DNA from: Candidatus Yanofskybacteria bacterium | GTDB lineage: Bacteria > Patescibacteriota > Minisyncoccia > 2-02-FULL-40-12 > GWA2-44-9 | Assembly (NCBI GenBank): GCA_023245235.1 | Contig: JAHFKT010000003.1 | Span: forward strand, 1 to 55,544 | DNA length: 55,544 nt | Direction: 5' to 3' | Shown here: positions 17,701-30,082 of the stretch, piece after piece | How the letters are laid out: each line of letters starts with the position of its first letter | How positions within the stretch are numbered: the stretch's first letter is position 1 | Position numbers and translations under genes: made by a program | The notes under the pieces: generated by a model | What the model saw: only the letters and a program-made list of their open reading frames with translations | Database searches by the model: none | What the model was told of the DNA's origin: nothing

Positions 17701-18963
17701 ATGGCTCAACTCATCATCAACGGCGGCAGAAAATTAAAAGGCATCTGGCGCCCTTCGGGTAACAAAAACGAGGCATTACCGCTCATCGCCGCCTCGCTCC
17801 TTTTTCGGAAGGGACTGACCCTGACAAATGTGCCGGATATCGAGGATACTCGGGTGATGCTCGACATCGCACGTTCTCTGGGCGTCAGGGTCCGGCGGAA
17901 CAACGGCAGCATACGTTTTTCATCGCCCAAAAAGCCGATGCGGGAACTTTCTTTGGAGCTTTCCTCGAGGGTCAGGGGTTCCGTACTGTTCATCGCCCCC
18001 CTGCTCATCAATGGCACGGTCAACATTCCCGCAACCGGCGGTGACAGGATCGGTATACGCCCCATCGATACGCACCTCGAAATGTTCAAAGCCTTCGGCG
18101 CAAAAGTTTCCGGCAGTTCCATAACACTTAAGAAAAAAGAACTCTATCGCAGAAGCCCGGTATTGATCTGGCTTTCCGAGCCGAGCGTGACCGCCACCGA
18201 GAACGCGCTGATGCTGGCCTCGGCCCGGCCGTTCAAGACCATTATCAAGAATGCCGCCTGCGAGCCGCACATTATCGGGCTCGGTCGGGCATTGGAACAA
18301 GCCGGTGTCACGGTCACCGGCCTCGGTACGAACCTCATTGAGATGACCGGTACGAGGATATTCAAACGGGTCAGTCATCGCGTGAGCGAGGATTTCATGG
18401 AAGCCGGCAGCGCCTTGGTCATGTCAGCTGTATCCGGCGGCGCGGTCAAAGTTGCCATTGAAGACCCGGCGGAGTATCAGCTGATATTCAATACGTTCAG
18501 GAAGTTCGGCAAAAAAGTCGTGCGGTCGGGAGAATTGTATTCGGTCGTCGACGGGCCCAAAACCAAAGACGGCATCCGGACGCTGAATGATGACCCGTGG
18601 CCGAACTTTCCTTCCGATCTGATGAGCGTGATGATCGTGCTGGCCAGCCAGTGCTCCGGCCAGTTCCTGTTCCATGAGAAGATGTTCGAGTCACGGCTGT
18701 ATTTTACCGACCAGCTTAATATGCTCGGCGCCCAAGTGGTTCTGTGCGACCCGCACCGTGTCCTGGTCACCGGGCCGAGCCGGCTCCATGGCACGACCCT
18801 GGTCAGTCCCGATATCCGGGCCGGCATGGCCCTGGTCATCGCTGCGCTTATTGCCCGGGGTCAGAGCGTCATTAACAACAGCCAGCAACTAGACCGGGGT
18901 TACGAGGGCATTATGAAGAAGCTCAAAGCCGTCAGGGCCAGAGCGGTCCTCCAAGTCCAATGA
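17701..18963 (+). CDS. murA: UDP-N-acetylglucosamine 1-carboxyvinyltransferase
   Basis: SGNKNEALP, GGDRIGIRPID, SVTATEN, NAACEP, DIRAG, LDRGYE. Confidence 0.95.
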   Translation: MAQLIINGGRKLKGIWRPSGNKNEALPLIAASLLFRKGLTLTNVPDIEDTRVMLDIARSLGVRVRRNNGSIRFSSPKKPMRELSLELSSRVRGSVLFIAPLLINGTVNIPATGGDRIGIRPIDTHLEMFKAFGAKVSGSSITLKKKELYRRSPVLIWLSEPSVTATENALMLASARPFKTIIKNAACEPHIIGLGRALEQAGVTVTGLGTNLIEMTGTRIFKRVSHRVSEDFMEAGSALVMSAVSGGAVKVAIEDPAEYQLIFNTFRKFGKKVVRSGELYSVVDGPKTKDGIRTLNDDPWPNFPSDLMSVMIVLASQCSGQFLFHEKMFESRLYFTDQLNMLGAQVVLCDPHRVLVTGPSRLHGTTLVSPDIRAGMALVIAALIARGQSVINNSQQLDRGYEGIMKKLKAVRARAVLQVQ

Positions 18964-19883
18964 AGATCAGGCGGAACTACTCTCTCAAGAAGCTTTCGAC
19001 CATCAAGGTCGGGGGCAATGCGGAATATTTTATAAGCGCCGGATCGGAATCCGAGATTTCGGAAGCTATAGCGACGGCCCGCACGCTCAAGGTCAAATGG
19101 ACGCTCATCGGCGCCGGTTCGAATATCGTGCCGTCGGACAATGGCTTTGCCGGACTGGTCATCAGAAATGTTATCAGATCATTCGGTGTCAGAAAGAATA
19201 CCGCTACGGTCGGTGCGGGCAATGACCTTCTGACGTTCATCAGAACAATAAATAGTTTCGGCTTGGCGGGCATGGAGCACATGGCCGGAATTCCCGGCAC
19301 GATCGGCGGTGCGATATACGGCTGCGCCGGCGCATACGGCCAGGAAATAAAAGATACCTTGAAACGGGTCAGAATCTTCGACGGAAAGGAATTCCGGTGG
19401 CTGTCGAACAAACAGTGCCTGTTCTCATACCGCGACAGTATCTTTAAGCGGAAGAAAGATTGGGTCATCATCGCCGCCGAATTCTCATTCCGGAGAGGCG
19501 AAGCGAAACAACTCCGGAAAATATCGGCGGATACTATCGCGATACGGAATGAGAAGTTCCCTCCCCTCCTCAATTGCCCCGGCAGCTTTTTTAAGAACAT
19601 CGTTCTGGCTGATCTGAAGCCGGCCAACAGGAAGCGCTTAACGGCAAAGATAGATGCGGCAAAGATACGGGGCGGCAAAGTTCCGGCCGGATATCTGTTG
19701 AAGCTGGCCGGCGCGCCCGGCATGCGGTCGGGCGGGATACGGGTCGCTTCATATCATGGAAACATCATATACAATCCCGGCGGAGGCACGTCCCGGGATA
19801 TCAGGCGGCTGACGGAGCTTTTGAAGAGGCGCGTCAAACAACGCTTCGGCATTGAATTAGAGGAGGAAATACAGTATATTTAG
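18960..19883 (+). CDS. murB: UDP-N-acetylenolpyruvoylglucosamine reductase
   Basis: IGAGSNI, GIPGTIGGA, FSYRDSIF, GSFFKN, FGIELEEE. Confidence 0.95.
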   Translation: MKIRRNYSLKKLSTIKVGGNAEYFISAGSESEISEAIATARTLKVKWTLIGAGSNIVPSDNGFAGLVIRNVIRSFGVRKNTATVGAGNDLLTFIRTINSFGLAGMEHMAGIPGTIGGAIYGCAGAYGQEIKDTLKRVRIFDGKEFRWLSNKQCLFSYRDSIFKRKKDWVIIAAEFSFRRGEAKQLRKISADTIAIRNEKFPPLLNCPGSFFKNIVLADLKPANRKRLTAKIDAAKIRGGKVPAGYLLKLAGAPGMRSGGIRVASYHGNIIYNPGGGTSRDIRRLTELLKRRVKQRFGIELEEEIQYI

Positions 19884-19895
19884 GGCGGTTTTTAA

Positions 19896-19966
19896 GGGCC
19901 TGTAGTAAAACGGTATTACACATCCATGGCATGGATGGGGTCGGGGTTCGATTCCCCGCAGGTCCA
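19896..19966 (+). tRNA. tRNA-Ala(GGC), no encoded CCA
   Basis: GGGCCTG/CAGGTCC acceptor, anticodon arm CATCC-ATGGCAT-GGATG. Confidence 0.93.
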
Positions 19967-20116
19967 CAATAGTTAATACCGGGTAATCGAACGATCCTGC
20001 TTCGCAGGATATGTTCTCCGAATTTCTTAACGCTTGCTATGCGCCCGGCGCAATAGACGCAAGCTAAAATTCGTGGTTGAAATAAAGCAGTTTATTTCAA
20101 CCGCCCGCAGGTCCAC

Positions 20117-21088
20117 ATGATTTCCACTCCCCGAGCAGTTCTCGTGACCGGCTGCGCCGGCTTCATCGGCAGTAACTTCGTCCGTCAGTTCAGGCGAAAG
20201 TTTCCCAAAACAGCGATCATCGGCATCGATGATTTTTCGACCGGCAGAAAAGATGCGCTCGATAGGGCCATAAAGTTCTATCAGGGCTCGATCCTGAACG
20301 ACAAACTTCTGAACAAAATATTTTCCAAACACCGGCCGGAATATATCTTTCATTTTGCCGCGCTTCCCCGCGTCTCCTATTCGGTGGAGCAGCCGGTCCA
20401 TACCAGTGAAGTCAACATTCTCGGCACCGTGAAGCTTCTGACCAAGGCCAAAGACTATCGCGCGAAACGGTTCATCTATTCCTCGTCATCTTCGGTCTAC
20501 GGCGGCGCCAAGAAACTGCCGACCAAAGAATCTGAGAATGCCCCGGATCCGAAGTCTCCATATGCGGTCCAAAAGTTAGCCGGTGAGCCGTTCTGTAAAA
20601 TTTTCAGTGAACTCTACGGCCTCGACACCGTATGTCTCAGGTACTTTAATGTTTTCGGACCCGGCCAGTATGGTGACTCACCCTACTCCACCGTCGTATC
20701 GGCATGGCTCGAATCATTGTACTTTCCGAAAAAGAAAATGGCGTTCATCGAAGGCAACGGCAATCAGTCGCGGGACTTCTGTTACGTGGACAATGTCGTG
20801 GCGGCTAATATTCTGGCAATGAATTCGAAAAAACCGCTCGGCGGAGAGATGTTCAATGTTGCCTGCGGAAGCCGGACAACCCTGAAAGAAGTAAAACAGC
20901 TGATCGAGCAGTATTCAGGCCGCGTGCTGGAACTTCAAAAAAGGCCTCCCCGTATCGGCGACGTGCTCCACACTCATGCCGATATCTCCAAGGCACGGAA
21001 GCGGTTCGGTTATAGCCCGGCTGTAGATTTCAAAAAAGGACTCAAACTCACCGTGGCCTGGTTCGAAACAAGGATCTCCAAGGATTGA
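20117..21088 (+). CDS. NAD-dependent nucleotide-sugar epimerase/dehydratase (WbpP-like)
   Basis: TGCAGFIGS, SSSSVYG, YAVQK (YxxxK), LRYFNVFGP. Confidence 0.9.
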   Translation: MISTPRAVLVTGCAGFIGSNFVRQFRRKFPKTAIIGIDDFSTGRKDALDRAIKFYQGSILNDKLLNKIFSKHRPEYIFHFAALPRVSYSVEQPVHTSEVNILGTVKLLTKAKDYRAKRFIYSSSSSVYGGAKKLPTKESENAPDPKSPYAVQKLAGEPFCKIFSELYGLDTVCLRYFNVFGPGQYGDSPYSTVVSAWLESLYFPKKKMAFIEGNGNQSRDFCYVDNVVAANILAMNSKKPLGGEMFNVACGSRTTLKEVKQLIEQYSGRVLELQKRPPRIGDVLHTHADISKARKRFGYSPAVDFKKGLKLTVAWFETRISKD

Positions 21089-21133
21089 TTTTCTGCGTTT
21101 ATTCGGTATAATTCCGGCACTTGTAGCTTAACA

Positions 21134-22240
21134 ATGCATCGCCAGAAAATATCGAAGATCGTCATCACCGGCGGGCCGTGTGCCGGCAAGACAACGACTC
21201 TTGCCTACCTCACCCGGAGGCTCTCCGATTTCGGATTCAAGGTCATCCTCGTCAACGAGATGGCGACCGATCTCATTAATGCCGGTATCGGACCGAAAGA
21301 GCTCGGTCCGGACTTCCAGCACCTTGTTTTGAAGGGCAGTATCGAGCGCGAAGACCTCCTTTATAACGGAGCGCTCGCGATGCCCGAACAAAGAGTGGTC
21401 ATGCTGTGCGACCGGGGACTGATGGACGGCAGGGCCTATATTGCCGGGGCCGAGTTCGTCAAAATACTCCGGCGGTTCAAGCTGACCGAGGTCACTGCCC
21501 GGGACGAACGTTACGAAGGTGTAGTTCATCTCGTCACTGCCGCGGACGGGGCCAAAAAGTTCTATACGCTCGCCAATAACACCGCCCGGAGCGAAACCCC
21601 TGACCAGGCCCGGAGGCTCGATACGGCCACCATGAACGCCTGGAACGGCCACCCCCATCTCCGGATCATCGATAACAGTACTGATTTTGAAAAAAAGAAG
21701 CAGCGGACCCTGGAAGCGGTCTGTCATATCCTGGGAGTACCGCAGCCGATCGAGATCGAGAACAAATATCTTGTCCGTGTCCCTGACCTAGGATCACTCC
21801 CGGTCCACTGTCAGGCCATCGACATCCACCAGATCTATCTGAGGAACGGCGGCCGCATCCGCGAACGGGGCCAGAACGGTTCATTCACGTATTTCTGGAC
21901 CATGAAGAAAAAGATCGGCCCGAAGTCGCGTATCGAGGTCGAGAGGATAATTACCGCCCAGCAGTTCAGCGCGCTCTTCCGGGAACAGCGAAGCGAGGAC
22001 CATGTCCCGGTCCGGAAGAACAGAATATGCTTCGTCTGGAAGAATCAGTACTTTGAGCTCGATATCTTCCAGCGTCCGCACCGTCCGAACATAATTCCGA
22101 GCGGAGAAAAAAAGCTCTCTCTGCTGGAAATCGAGCTGACCGAGGAACAGGACCGCGTGAGCCTGCCGCCGTTCATCGATATTGTCGAAGATGTGACCAT
22201 GGACAAGCGATACCGCAACTCGGCGATCGCCAGGATCTGA
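21134..22240 (+). CDS. P-loop (AAA_28-like) NTPase fused to CYTH-like domain
   Basis: GGPCAGKTT, CDRGLMD, EIENKYLV (ExExK), FELDIF, LLEIE. Confidence 0.8.
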   Translation: MHRQKISKIVITGGPCAGKTTTLAYLTRRLSDFGFKVILVNEMATDLINAGIGPKELGPDFQHLVLKGSIEREDLLYNGALAMPEQRVVMLCDRGLMDGRAYIAGAEFVKILRRFKLTEVTARDERYEGVVHLVTAADGAKKFYTLANNTARSETPDQARRLDTATMNAWNGHPHLRIIDNSTDFEKKKQRTLEAVCHILGVPQPIEIENKYLVRVPDLGSLPVHCQAIDIHQIYLRNGGRIRERGQNGSFTYFWTMKKKIGPKSRIEVERIITAQQFSALFREQRSEDHVPVRKNRICFVWKNQYFELDIFQRPHRPNIIPSGEKKLSLLEIELTEEQDRVSLPPFIDIVEDVTMDKRYRNSAIARI

Positions 22241-22242
22241 TA

Positions 22243-22265
22243 AGCCCGCTAGAGCGGGCTCTTTT
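22243..22265 (+). terminator. Intrinsic terminator between convergent genes
   Basis: AGCCCGCT-AG-AGCGGGCT-CTTTT. Confidence 0.6.
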
Positions 22266-22854
22266 ATTTGATGACCTCGAGTTCTTTGAGCGTCTGTTCG
22301 TACAAACGTATCGCCCGGAGCGCCTCGGCATGGCGGAGGAAATAGTTCATGTCGTGAGCCAGGCGGTTGCGGACCTTGTGGGCCTCCCAGAGCCCGTCGA
22401 TGGACAGGAGTTTGGTCTTGTCGATGTTCATGAGCCGCTCGCCCATCGTCTCACCGGGGAAGTGGTTCTTCAGCTGATCATCCACCAGCTTGTCGGCCTC
22501 AATGATGGCGAATTTCCATTCAGCTTCCCGTATCGAATCAACATGGCGCATGATCTCTTCCCAGCGGTTCTGGAGCGGTCCGCCCTCAGCCGGCTCGGAC
22601 GGCGCGGGGCTCTGAAGTACCGCCAGCGTGTGGTTCATCTCGTGGGTTTTGTTGAACAGTATGACCGCAATGACGCTCATCACTACCGTTATGGCCAAGG
22701 CGATGATCTTCAGAACGAATACGGTCTCCGAACTCAAAACCCAATCCTGGATATTAAGGCTGATCTGGGCAAGGTCAACATTGCCGACCTTCAGTGAGGT
22801 CATATGGTAGAACGCGACCAGCATTTGAGTTACGGTAAGAGTGATGAAGTTCAT
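22264..22854 (-). CDS. Membrane-anchored protein with HEPN-like C-terminal domain
   Basis: TM helix, then AIIEADKL...GETMGERL...[12 protein letters not shown] (Rx4H). Confidence 0.7.
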   Translation of the reverse strand: MNFITLTVTQMLVAFYHMTSLKVGNVDLAQISLNIQDWVLSSETVFVLKIIALAITVVMSVIAVILFNKTHEMNHTLAVLQSPAPSEPAEGGPLQNRWEEIMRHVDSIREAEWKFAIIEADKLVDDQLKNHFPGETMGERLMNIDKTKLLSIDGLWEAHKVRNRLAHDMNYFLRHAEALRAIRLYEQTLKELEVIK

Positions 22855-24251
22855 GTTATCTGTTCGAGTTGGTGGGCTACGCGCAGCACCGTAGCTTCAT
22901 CAAATGATCTTCCGGTTATTTGAAATCCGACCGGCATTCCTGAATCCTCGCCGTTTCCGCACGGGATGGAGATACCCGGCAATCCCGCCAAGTTCAGCGG
23001 AACCGTGTAGATATCCTCGAGGTAGAGAGCAAGCGGGTCGGAGGCCTTCTCCCCTATCTTGAAGGCGGTATTGGGAGATGTCGGGCCGACGATGACATCG
23101 ACTTTTTGAAATGCGTCATCAAAATCTTTTTTAATTAGGGCGCGTACTTTCTGGGCTTTCAGATAATACGCATCGTAATATCCTGACGACAACGCATAGG
23201 CGCCGAGCATGATGCGGCGCTTGGGTTCCGGACCGAAACCTTCGGAGCGCGATTCCAGGTAGGTATCCAGAAGCGTCGCCGCTTTCTTTGAGGAATGGCC
23301 GTAGCGGATGCCGTCGAAGCGGGCCAGGTTCGCAGAAATTTCACTCGGTACGGCGATGTAATACGCCGCCAGCGCGTATTCAAAGTTCGGGAGCGATATA
23401 TCGCTGACCTGGCAGCCCATGTCTTCAAGTTTTTTGATAGTCGCCCTGATCCGCTCCTCTACTTCTTTTGCCAGTCCGGCTCTGAAAAATTCTTTCGGTA
23501 CGCCAACTCTTAACCCCTTTATGGACCGGTCCAGGTTGGCGGTAAAATCAGGGATCTCCCGGTCGACGGTCGTTGAATCGAATACATCATGCCCGCAGAG
23601 CTCATTGAGCACGAGCGCGGCATCGTAGACCGTCTTGGTCAGCGGACCGATCTGATCGAACGACGAAGCCATGGCAATAAGGCCATGGCGGGATATGCGT
23701 CCGTAGGTGGGCTTCAATCCGACGATCCCGCACATCGCAGCCGGCTGGCGGATAGAACCGCCGGTATCGGAACCGAGCGCGAATACGGCCAGATCGGCGG
23801 CGATCGCGGCGGCCGACCCGCCCGAAGACCCGCCCGGTACGCGGTCCGTGTCGAGAGGATTTCTGGTCGGTCCGAATGCCGAATTTTCGGTCGAAGTGCC
23901 CATCGCGAACTCATCAAGGTTCGTCTTTCCCAGGAATACAGCTCCGGCTGAACGGAGCTTTTTGATGACGGTTGCATCATAGGCCGCTGTGTAATTATCC
24001 AGGATCTTCGATGCCGCCGTCGTGCGGGTTCCTTCAATAAGCATATTGTCTTTGATGGCGCAGGGCACTCCGGCCAGGGTTCCTTCCGTATCGAATTCTT
24101 CGGGCGCATCGAAAACAGTAAGAAATGCATTCAACTCGCCGTTCTGTGCGCGGATCCTTTTGTTATAGTGTTCGAAGAGTTCCGGCGCCGAAAAATCGCC
24201 TCGTGCGAGGCCTTCTCTGGCCGATCTGATTGTCAGCTTTTCGGGGATCAT
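22851..24251 (-). CDS. gatA: Glu/Asp-tRNA amidotransferase subunit A
   Basis: [42 protein letters not shown]. Confidence 0.97.
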   Translation of the reverse strand: MIPEKLTIRSAREGLARGDFSAPELFEHYNKRIRAQNGELNAFLTVFDAPEEFDTEGTLAGVPCAIKDNMLIEGTRTTAASKILDNYTAAYDATVIKKLRSAGAVFLGKTNLDEFAMGTSTENSAFGPTRNPLDTDRVPGGSSGGSAAAIAADLAVFALGSDTGGSIRQPAAMCGIVGLKPTYGRISRHGLIAMASSFDQIGPLTKTVYDAALVLNELCGHDVFDSTTVDREIPDFTANLDRSIKGLRVGVPKEFFRAGLAKEVEERIRATIKKLEDMGCQVSDISLPNFEYALAAYYIAVPSEISANLARFDGIRYGHSSKKAATLLDTYLESRSEGFGPEPKRRIMLGAYALSSGYYDAYYLKAQKVRALIKKDFDDAFQKVDVIVGPTSPNTAFKIGEKASDPLALYLEDIYTVPLNLAGLPGISIPCGNGEDSGMPVGFQITGRSFDEATVLRVAHQLEQIT

Positions 24252-24553
24252 TTCTTATTGAGTACCGGCCTGACTTTAATGAAGTGGTCATGTTTGGCAG
24301 GTGCTTGGCCGATGAGAAGCTCATTGAGCTTCTCGGTCATGGGAAATTCCTTGCGAGGTTCATCGCTCCGGGTCGAATTGACCAGCCCGGTTGTCTGATA
24401 CAGCGGTTGGACCGAGCTCGTGTCGGCTTCATTGAGCTTCCCGATGTAATCCAAGATCGAGGAGAGATCCTTTTTGAGCCCGTCTTTCTCAGCCGGCTTG
24501 AGTTCGATTCTCGCTAACTTGGCGATATGAGCTACTTCTTTGTCGCTTAACAT
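24248..24553 (-). CDS. gatC: Glu/Asp-tRNA amidotransferase subunit C
   Basis: [18 protein letters not shown]; overlaps gatA start. Confidence 0.92.
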   Translation of the reverse strand: MLSDKEVAHIAKLARIELKPAEKDGLKKDLSSILDYIGKLNEADTSSVQPLYQTTGLVNSTRSDEPRKEFPMTEKLNELLIGQAPAKHDHFIKVRPVLNKK

Positions 24554-24571
24554 GAGATTAGATTACCATGA

Positions 24572-26985
<2,414 letters not shown>

Positions 26986-26986
26986 A

Positions 26987-27538
26987 TTATCGGGTAAATT
27001 CACTTTCCAGGTTGCGCGAGGTAACCGCTGTTTCCAGGTTAAATGTCAGGATATCCTTACCGGTCTTATTGCGTACTGATGCCAGAATAGCGACCCGGAC
27101 CTGCTTTTGATCGGTCGGATCCGAGCCCAGGAGGCAGAAGTTCAATCGTGAGAATGATACCGTAGACGAGGTCAGATCAGAAGTAAAACCTCCAGCCGTC
27201 CGCTGGAGAACGCCGGTGCTGCCGTTGAGCGAATAGGTTACCGTGCCGTTGACCGGGTGGTCTATGGTCAGCGAAGTCAGAGTGCAGCCCGGCGAATCTC
27301 CCGGAGGATTTTGGTCGGCTGCCCGTATTTGGCTGACCCGTATCTCGCGCGACATCAGCTCCATGATGAATAACCCGTTTTCCTGGATAGCCTGCGCGGC
27401 GAACGCCCGCCGTTCATTGGCCAGGATGCTTATAAACAGCCCGCTCACTGAAAGCATGATTATCGAAAAAATAAATGACGTGATCAACACTTCCACCAGA
27501 GTGAAGCCCGATTGATTGTTATGTCGCAGTTGGTTCAT
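26987..27538 (-). CDS. Type IV minor pilin (PilW-like)
   Basis: SG-FTLVEVLI prepilin cleavage motif. Confidence 0.85.
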   Translation of the reverse strand: MNQLRHNNQSGFTLVEVLITSFIFSIIMLSVSGLFISILANERRAFAAQAIQENGLFIMELMSREIRVSQIRAADQNPPGDSPGCTLTSLTIDHPVNGTVTYSLNGSTGVLQRTAGGFTSDLTSSTVSFSRLNFCLLGSDPTDQKQVRVAILASVRNKTGKDILTFNLETAVTSRNLESEFTR

Positions 27539-27539
27539 G

Positions 27540-28013
27540 TTATTTCCAGTTGAACAGATGTTCTTCGGCCGAAGTCGTTTTAGCATCGTTGGTCCTGGTC
27601 TGCCACGTTATCCGGCTGACCACCTTCAGTTCCCCGTCATTAACCTTGGTGATGATGATATCCCTCGTGAAGGGACTCGCCGTACCGGATGAATAGTTAT
27701 ACAGGCCGTTATCGACCTTCAGCGGGCCGCCCGAAAATGTCGACAGGGATGTTGAGTCCCACTCGAGCTGGTAGTCGCCATCGCTCAACCCAGTATCGAA
27801 CGGCCGGTTGTTCAACCAGTTGTCGTCGCGGATGGCCTGTACGACTTCGATCCCTTCTTGAGCGAGGCCTGCCGCTATGAGGTCGTCCCGTATGACGAAT
27901 GCAACGCTGACCGCGTTGTTCGACAGGGCCAAAGCCGGAATAATGCCCATGGTCAATACGGCCATTGAGACAAGAGTCTCGACCAAAGTGAATCCCCGCT
28001 CCCTATTGTGCAT
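27540..28013 (-). CDS. Type IV minor pilin (PilV-like)
   Basis: RG-FTLVETLV; LAQEGIEVV. Confidence 0.85.
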   Translation of the reverse strand: MHNRERGFTLVETLVSMAVLTMGIIPALALSNNAVSVAFVIRDDLIAAGLAQEGIEVVQAIRDDNWLNNRPFDTGLSDGDYQLEWDSTSLSTFSGGPLKVDNGLYNYSSGTASPFTRDIIITKVNDGELKVVSRITWQTRTNDAKTTSAEEHLFNWK

Positions 28014-28560
28014 CGATTTTTCCGGAAGAATAGACATAGACGGTTTTACACCCTTCGCTGCAGGTCGTCCCGGCACTGATAATAATGGCGATGGGGGCAT
28101 GGTTCAGTGAAGCATCGTTGTCGAGGTATGTTTTCGGATCGGGCGGTTCGAAATAGAAATCACTGAACGAGGCGCCGAACCGGACATGAGTATCTCCGAA
28201 CGACTGCGGGGCCAGGAGAACCATACCCTCCTCGGGCTGATAGTTCCTGTTTATGGATGTGCAGTCCGCAGTTGACGCGTCAGGGCCGATATACATCGCC
28301 CAATGCGTCGGGTCGATGTAATGGATGCCGTAGCCGCATGGGATATATCCGTTAAACTTGGAGCTTGAAACGGAGTCCGACTGTGCAATGCGGATACTCG
28401 ATTCGAATACGCCGACACTTTGCGAGAGGTCCAGCCGGGTTCTTGAAAAATTGAGGATGATCGAGGTACTGAGTATGCCGATGATGGCGATAACTACGGT
28501 CATCTCTACGAGGGTGAACCCCCGCTCATCTGAAAAATTGTTGAAAATAGGTAGCTTCAT
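28003..28560 (-). CDS. Type IV minor pilin (FimT/GspH-like)
   Basis: RG-FTLVEMTVVIAIIGIL. Confidence 0.85.
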   Translation of the reverse strand: MKLPIFNNFSDERGFTLVEMTVVIAIIGILSTSIILNFSRTRLDLSQSVGVFESSIRIAQSDSVSSSKFNGYIPCGYGIHYIDPTHWAMYIGPDASTADCTSINRNYQPEEGMVLLAPQSFGDTHVRFGASFSDFYFEPPDPKTYLDNDASLNHAPIAIIISAGTTCSEGCKTVYVYSSGKIDAQ

Positions 28561-29287
28561 GCTGGAATATAGTGAAAAATATCGCTGCAGCCGACAGAAA
28601 TGCTCCGAACGGCAGTGCGTATCCCCTGCCCGCGCGGCCCGAGATAAGGAGCGCAACTCCGATGGCGGCTCCGATCCAGATGCCGAGTACCACTACCAGT
28701 AACCCGACCGGATAGCCGAACACGAGCCCGATCAATGCCGCAAATTTTACATCACCGAAACCAAGCCATCTTCCGCGGGATACCGTATACAGTATAGCAA
28801 AAAAGCCGGCCAGAAGTAATGCCGAAATAAAGAATGCCCGCGGGTCGGCAACAAAGACCAGGTCATATAAGCCGACAATGCCGATGGCCGGAATGACCAA
28901 CGCATCCGGCAGGATCATATATAAACTGTCGAAGAAGAAGAGGCTGATAAAGACGAGTAATACATATATCGACACGATCATTGTTCCCGGGTCAGCCGGC
29001 GGCTGAGCAAATACAAACGAGAGTGCCAGCACGGTGCCGGTTACGGCTTCAACTACGGGATAGCGGGGGCTTATGGGCTTACGGCAGTATCGGCATTTTC
29101 CGGAGAGTATCAGGAAGCTTGCGATCGGAACCAGATCGTACCAGGCCAGCGTGTGGCCGCAGGAACGGCACATCGACCGTCCGCCGATGCCTTTACCCTC
29201 GGGGAGCCGCCATAATAGAACGTTCAGGAAGCTGCCGAATATGGTCCCGAATACGAAGGCGAACAGTGTTGAAATGGAAGATGGCAT
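28526..29287 (-). CDS. pilD: Prepilin peptidase
   Basis: GSFLNV..RLP, two CxxC pairs, GFGDVK, PFGAFL. Confidence 0.93.
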   Translation of the reverse strand: MPSSISTLFAFVFGTIFGSFLNVLLWRLPEGKGIGGRSMCRSCGHTLAWYDLVPIASFLILSGKCRYCRKPISPRYPVVEAVTGTVLALSFVFAQPPADPGTMIVSIYVLLVFISLFFFDSLYMILPDALVIPAIGIVGLYDLVFVADPRAFFISALLLAGFFAILYTVSRGRWLGFGDVKFAALIGLVFGYPVGLLVVVLGIWIGAAIGVALLISGRAGRGYALPFGAFLSAAAIFFTIFQHEATYFQQFFR

Positions 29288-29328
29288 ATGGCCATTATAC
29301 TACAACCGGGGCCGTGGGGAGGGATAAA

Positions 29329-29363
29329 ACAAAATCCCGCCTCTTGAGGAGGCGGGATTTTGT
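29329..29363 (-). terminator. Intrinsic terminator after major pilin
   Basis: 15-bp inverted repeat ACAAAATCCCGCCTC/GAGGCGGGATTTTGT. Confidence 0.85.
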
Positions 29364-29373
29364 GAGGGGCAGA

Positions 29374-29934
29374 TTAGGGCTGACCCTGGTCATAGACACA
29401 GACTTCGACGGCGCTTGTAGCGGCAGTGGAACAATCACCCTTACTGTTTGGACCGGACGAGGTGGTTTTATCGTCTTTGGCACCATCGATAAGGTCGCCC
29501 TGCCAGCCGGCGAGTGAACCATTAGCTGAGTTGATGTCGGCATCCGAGGCCAAGGCCTGAGTCCAGCCTTCCAACTCGGCCCATACCTGGTAGTGACGGG
29601 AGGGAGAACCGTTGTAAGCATAATGATATTTGAACGGGGTACTGTTCAAGGGGTCTTGCGGCCAGTTGACCAGATACTTAGGAACAAACAGCGGCTGCAG
29701 AGCCTGGTCGTAGGTGGCTGCTTCGGGATATCCTCCGTTGTCGTCGTAGTAGAGCTCAGAGGCGGTGCGGAGCTGGTTCACGTCTGCGATACGCCTGACG
29801 TCCCTGGCGCGCTGACGGGCTACTCCCAGCTGAAGGAGCAGTAAAGTGGCCAAGACACCGATAATGGCGATAACAACCAACAATTCGACCAACGTGAAAC
29901 CTCGAGAGAGCTTAAAATGGTTTTTGATAGACAC
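29374..29934 (-). CDS. Probable major type IV pilin (GspG-like)
   Basis: RG-FTLVELLVVIAIIGVLA, ARD..R.AD, C-terminal Cys pair; own promoter and terminator. Confidence 0.85.
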   Translation of the reverse strand: MSIKNHFKLSRGFTLVELLVVIAIIGVLATLLLLQLGVARQRARDVRRIADVNQLRTASELYYDDNGGYPEAATYDQALQPLFVPKYLVNWPQDPLNSTPFKYHYAYNGSPSRHYQVWAELEGWTQALASDADINSANGSLAGWQGDLIDGAKDDKTTSSGPNSKGDCSTAATSAVEVCVYDQGQP

Positions 29935-30023
29935 GGCTTGCGTAGTTCTGGCCTTAGTTTGTGCCCCGGAGGACTACCGAGTCAAAAACAAACGCCAAGA
30001 AGTTATTTAGCTGATTTGTTTAA

Positions 30024-30067
30024 ATTATAAGGGTATCGCGCAATCAATACAATCCAGGATATCAACA
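30024..30067 (-). promoter_or_regulatory. Pilin promoter with upstream DnaA-box-like nonamer
   Basis: Minus strand TTGTAT (30047-30052)-17-TATAAT (30024-30029); ATATCAACA on plus strand at 30059-30067. Confidence 0.55.
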
Positions 30068-30082
30068 GAGTTCCCCGGCCGT

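Noticed and set aside
29935..30000. Pilin leader with GGCACAAAC...ACGCAAGCC, faintly like a c-di-GMP-I riboswitch
   Set aside because: No GNRA-capped stem or second hairpin; the visible stem pairs better on the non-coding strand
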